DNA from: Octopus sinensis | Taxonomy: Eukaryota | DNA length: 64,000 nt | NCBI RefSeq assembly: GCF_006345805.1 | Contig: NC_043011.1 | Span: 41,180,464-41,244,463, forward strand | Direction: 5' to 3' | The notes under the pieces: generated by a model | The model's database searches: none | Told to the model about the DNA's origin: nothing | What the model saw: the letters and a program-made list of their open reading frames with translations, nothing else | Part shown: positions 63,218 through 64,000 of the stretch, in pieces | Position numbering within the stretch: the first letter of the stretch is position 1 | Layout: each line of letters starts with the position of its first letter | Translations under genes and position numbers: made by a program

Positions 63218-63409
63218 CCCTCTTGTTATCATATCCTGTTGAAACACAATCTTAATTTAAATTATTTGAAAATTATGATGAATTTATTAAAGTAACTGTC
63301 ATTGACATTAAAATTTTATGAAAATCTTTAATTAAGATCATTATAAAAACAGAGACGAGTTTGTATCATAGAATTAAAAGTAGTTCTAAATGGATTGAAG
63401 CCAAAAGGG
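63218..63409. mobile_element. piggyBac-type MITE (192 bp)
   Basis: TTAA|CCCTC...AAAAGGG|TTAA; sibling of 479-670. Confidence 0.75.
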
Positions 63410-64000
63410 TTAAGAACAAGAATGGAACATTTACTTATAGGAGTAACTCAATACTGAACATAGAGTCTTTGCTGTAAAGTTTGCTGTTAGACAAAACTTG
63501 AAGACCCAATCATCATAAACTTTCCAATAAAAAAAAAATATACACAGATATAATGTATAAACAAAGACATTTATGATTTTTAAGTATATTTAATTAATTT
63601 TAGTTTTTTTAGTTTTAGACATGCAGTGCCAGCTTAAACCTATAGTTTTATTCTGAAATGTATTATAACATATAATGTATTATTGAATAAATCTAAGATC
63701 TCCACCAACACATAAGTTATACACACAATGCCAGCTGAAATTTTAGACTTATTCTATGGTGCAATATAGTGTCGTGAATCAGTAATTTATATGAACATAT
63801 ACACACATATATATATCGTTTGTTTTAAAGTTCACTTTTTCATACATGCACGAGTCAGACTAAATTTGTTGAGGCATAAATTCATCTAACTTATGCTAGC
63901 ATGGAAAAATGAACATAAAAATGAACAGGAGTGGCTGTGTGGTAAGTAGCTTGCTAACCAACCACATGGTTCCGGGTTCAGTCCCACTGTGTGGCACCTT

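Noticed and set aside
61582-64000. Next upstream VPS35L exon
   Set aside because: No frame matching the expected WKV..DY..CAEVW.EY segment was found; it probably lies outside the window.

Overview
Eukaryotic, AT-rich, repeat-dense genomic DNA. The SINE, MITE and microsatellite content suggests a coleoid cephalopod, probably Octopus (inference, not a database result). Supported genes: (1) the last 11 coding exons of VPS35L (C16orf62, Retriever subunit) on the minus strand, 44895-61581. All introns are GT-AG, phases are consistent, and the exons give 446 aa plus stop; the 5' part lies beyond the window. (2) An intronless mitochondrial ribosomal protein gene MRPS5 on the plus strand, 36507-37772, convergent with VPS35L. 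(3) One tRNA-Ala(CGC) at 30772-30843 (minus). (4) An orphan exon of an unidentified minus-strand gene at 252-314. The rest is mostly tRNA-derived and RTE-tailed SINEs, LINE fragments (RTE, CR1/Jockey-like), Helitron/Helentron-type elements, piggyBac, hAT and Tc1 MITEs or relics, and long simple repeats. Most ORFs in the track are microsatellite or chance ORFs. The most interesting non-genic signal is a set of Penelope-type minimal hammerhead ribozyme motifs (one with an intact core at 10281-10314) in short non-autonomous elements that sit in (TA)n tracts. Also notable: several near-perfect fold-back inverted duplications, an octamer/CCAAT inverted repeat next to the tRNA, a possible divergent transcript sharing the MRPS5 promoter, and a MITE hairpin in the likely MRPS5 3' UTR. 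Repeat-family names come from recalled motifs, and most repeat boundaries are approximate.
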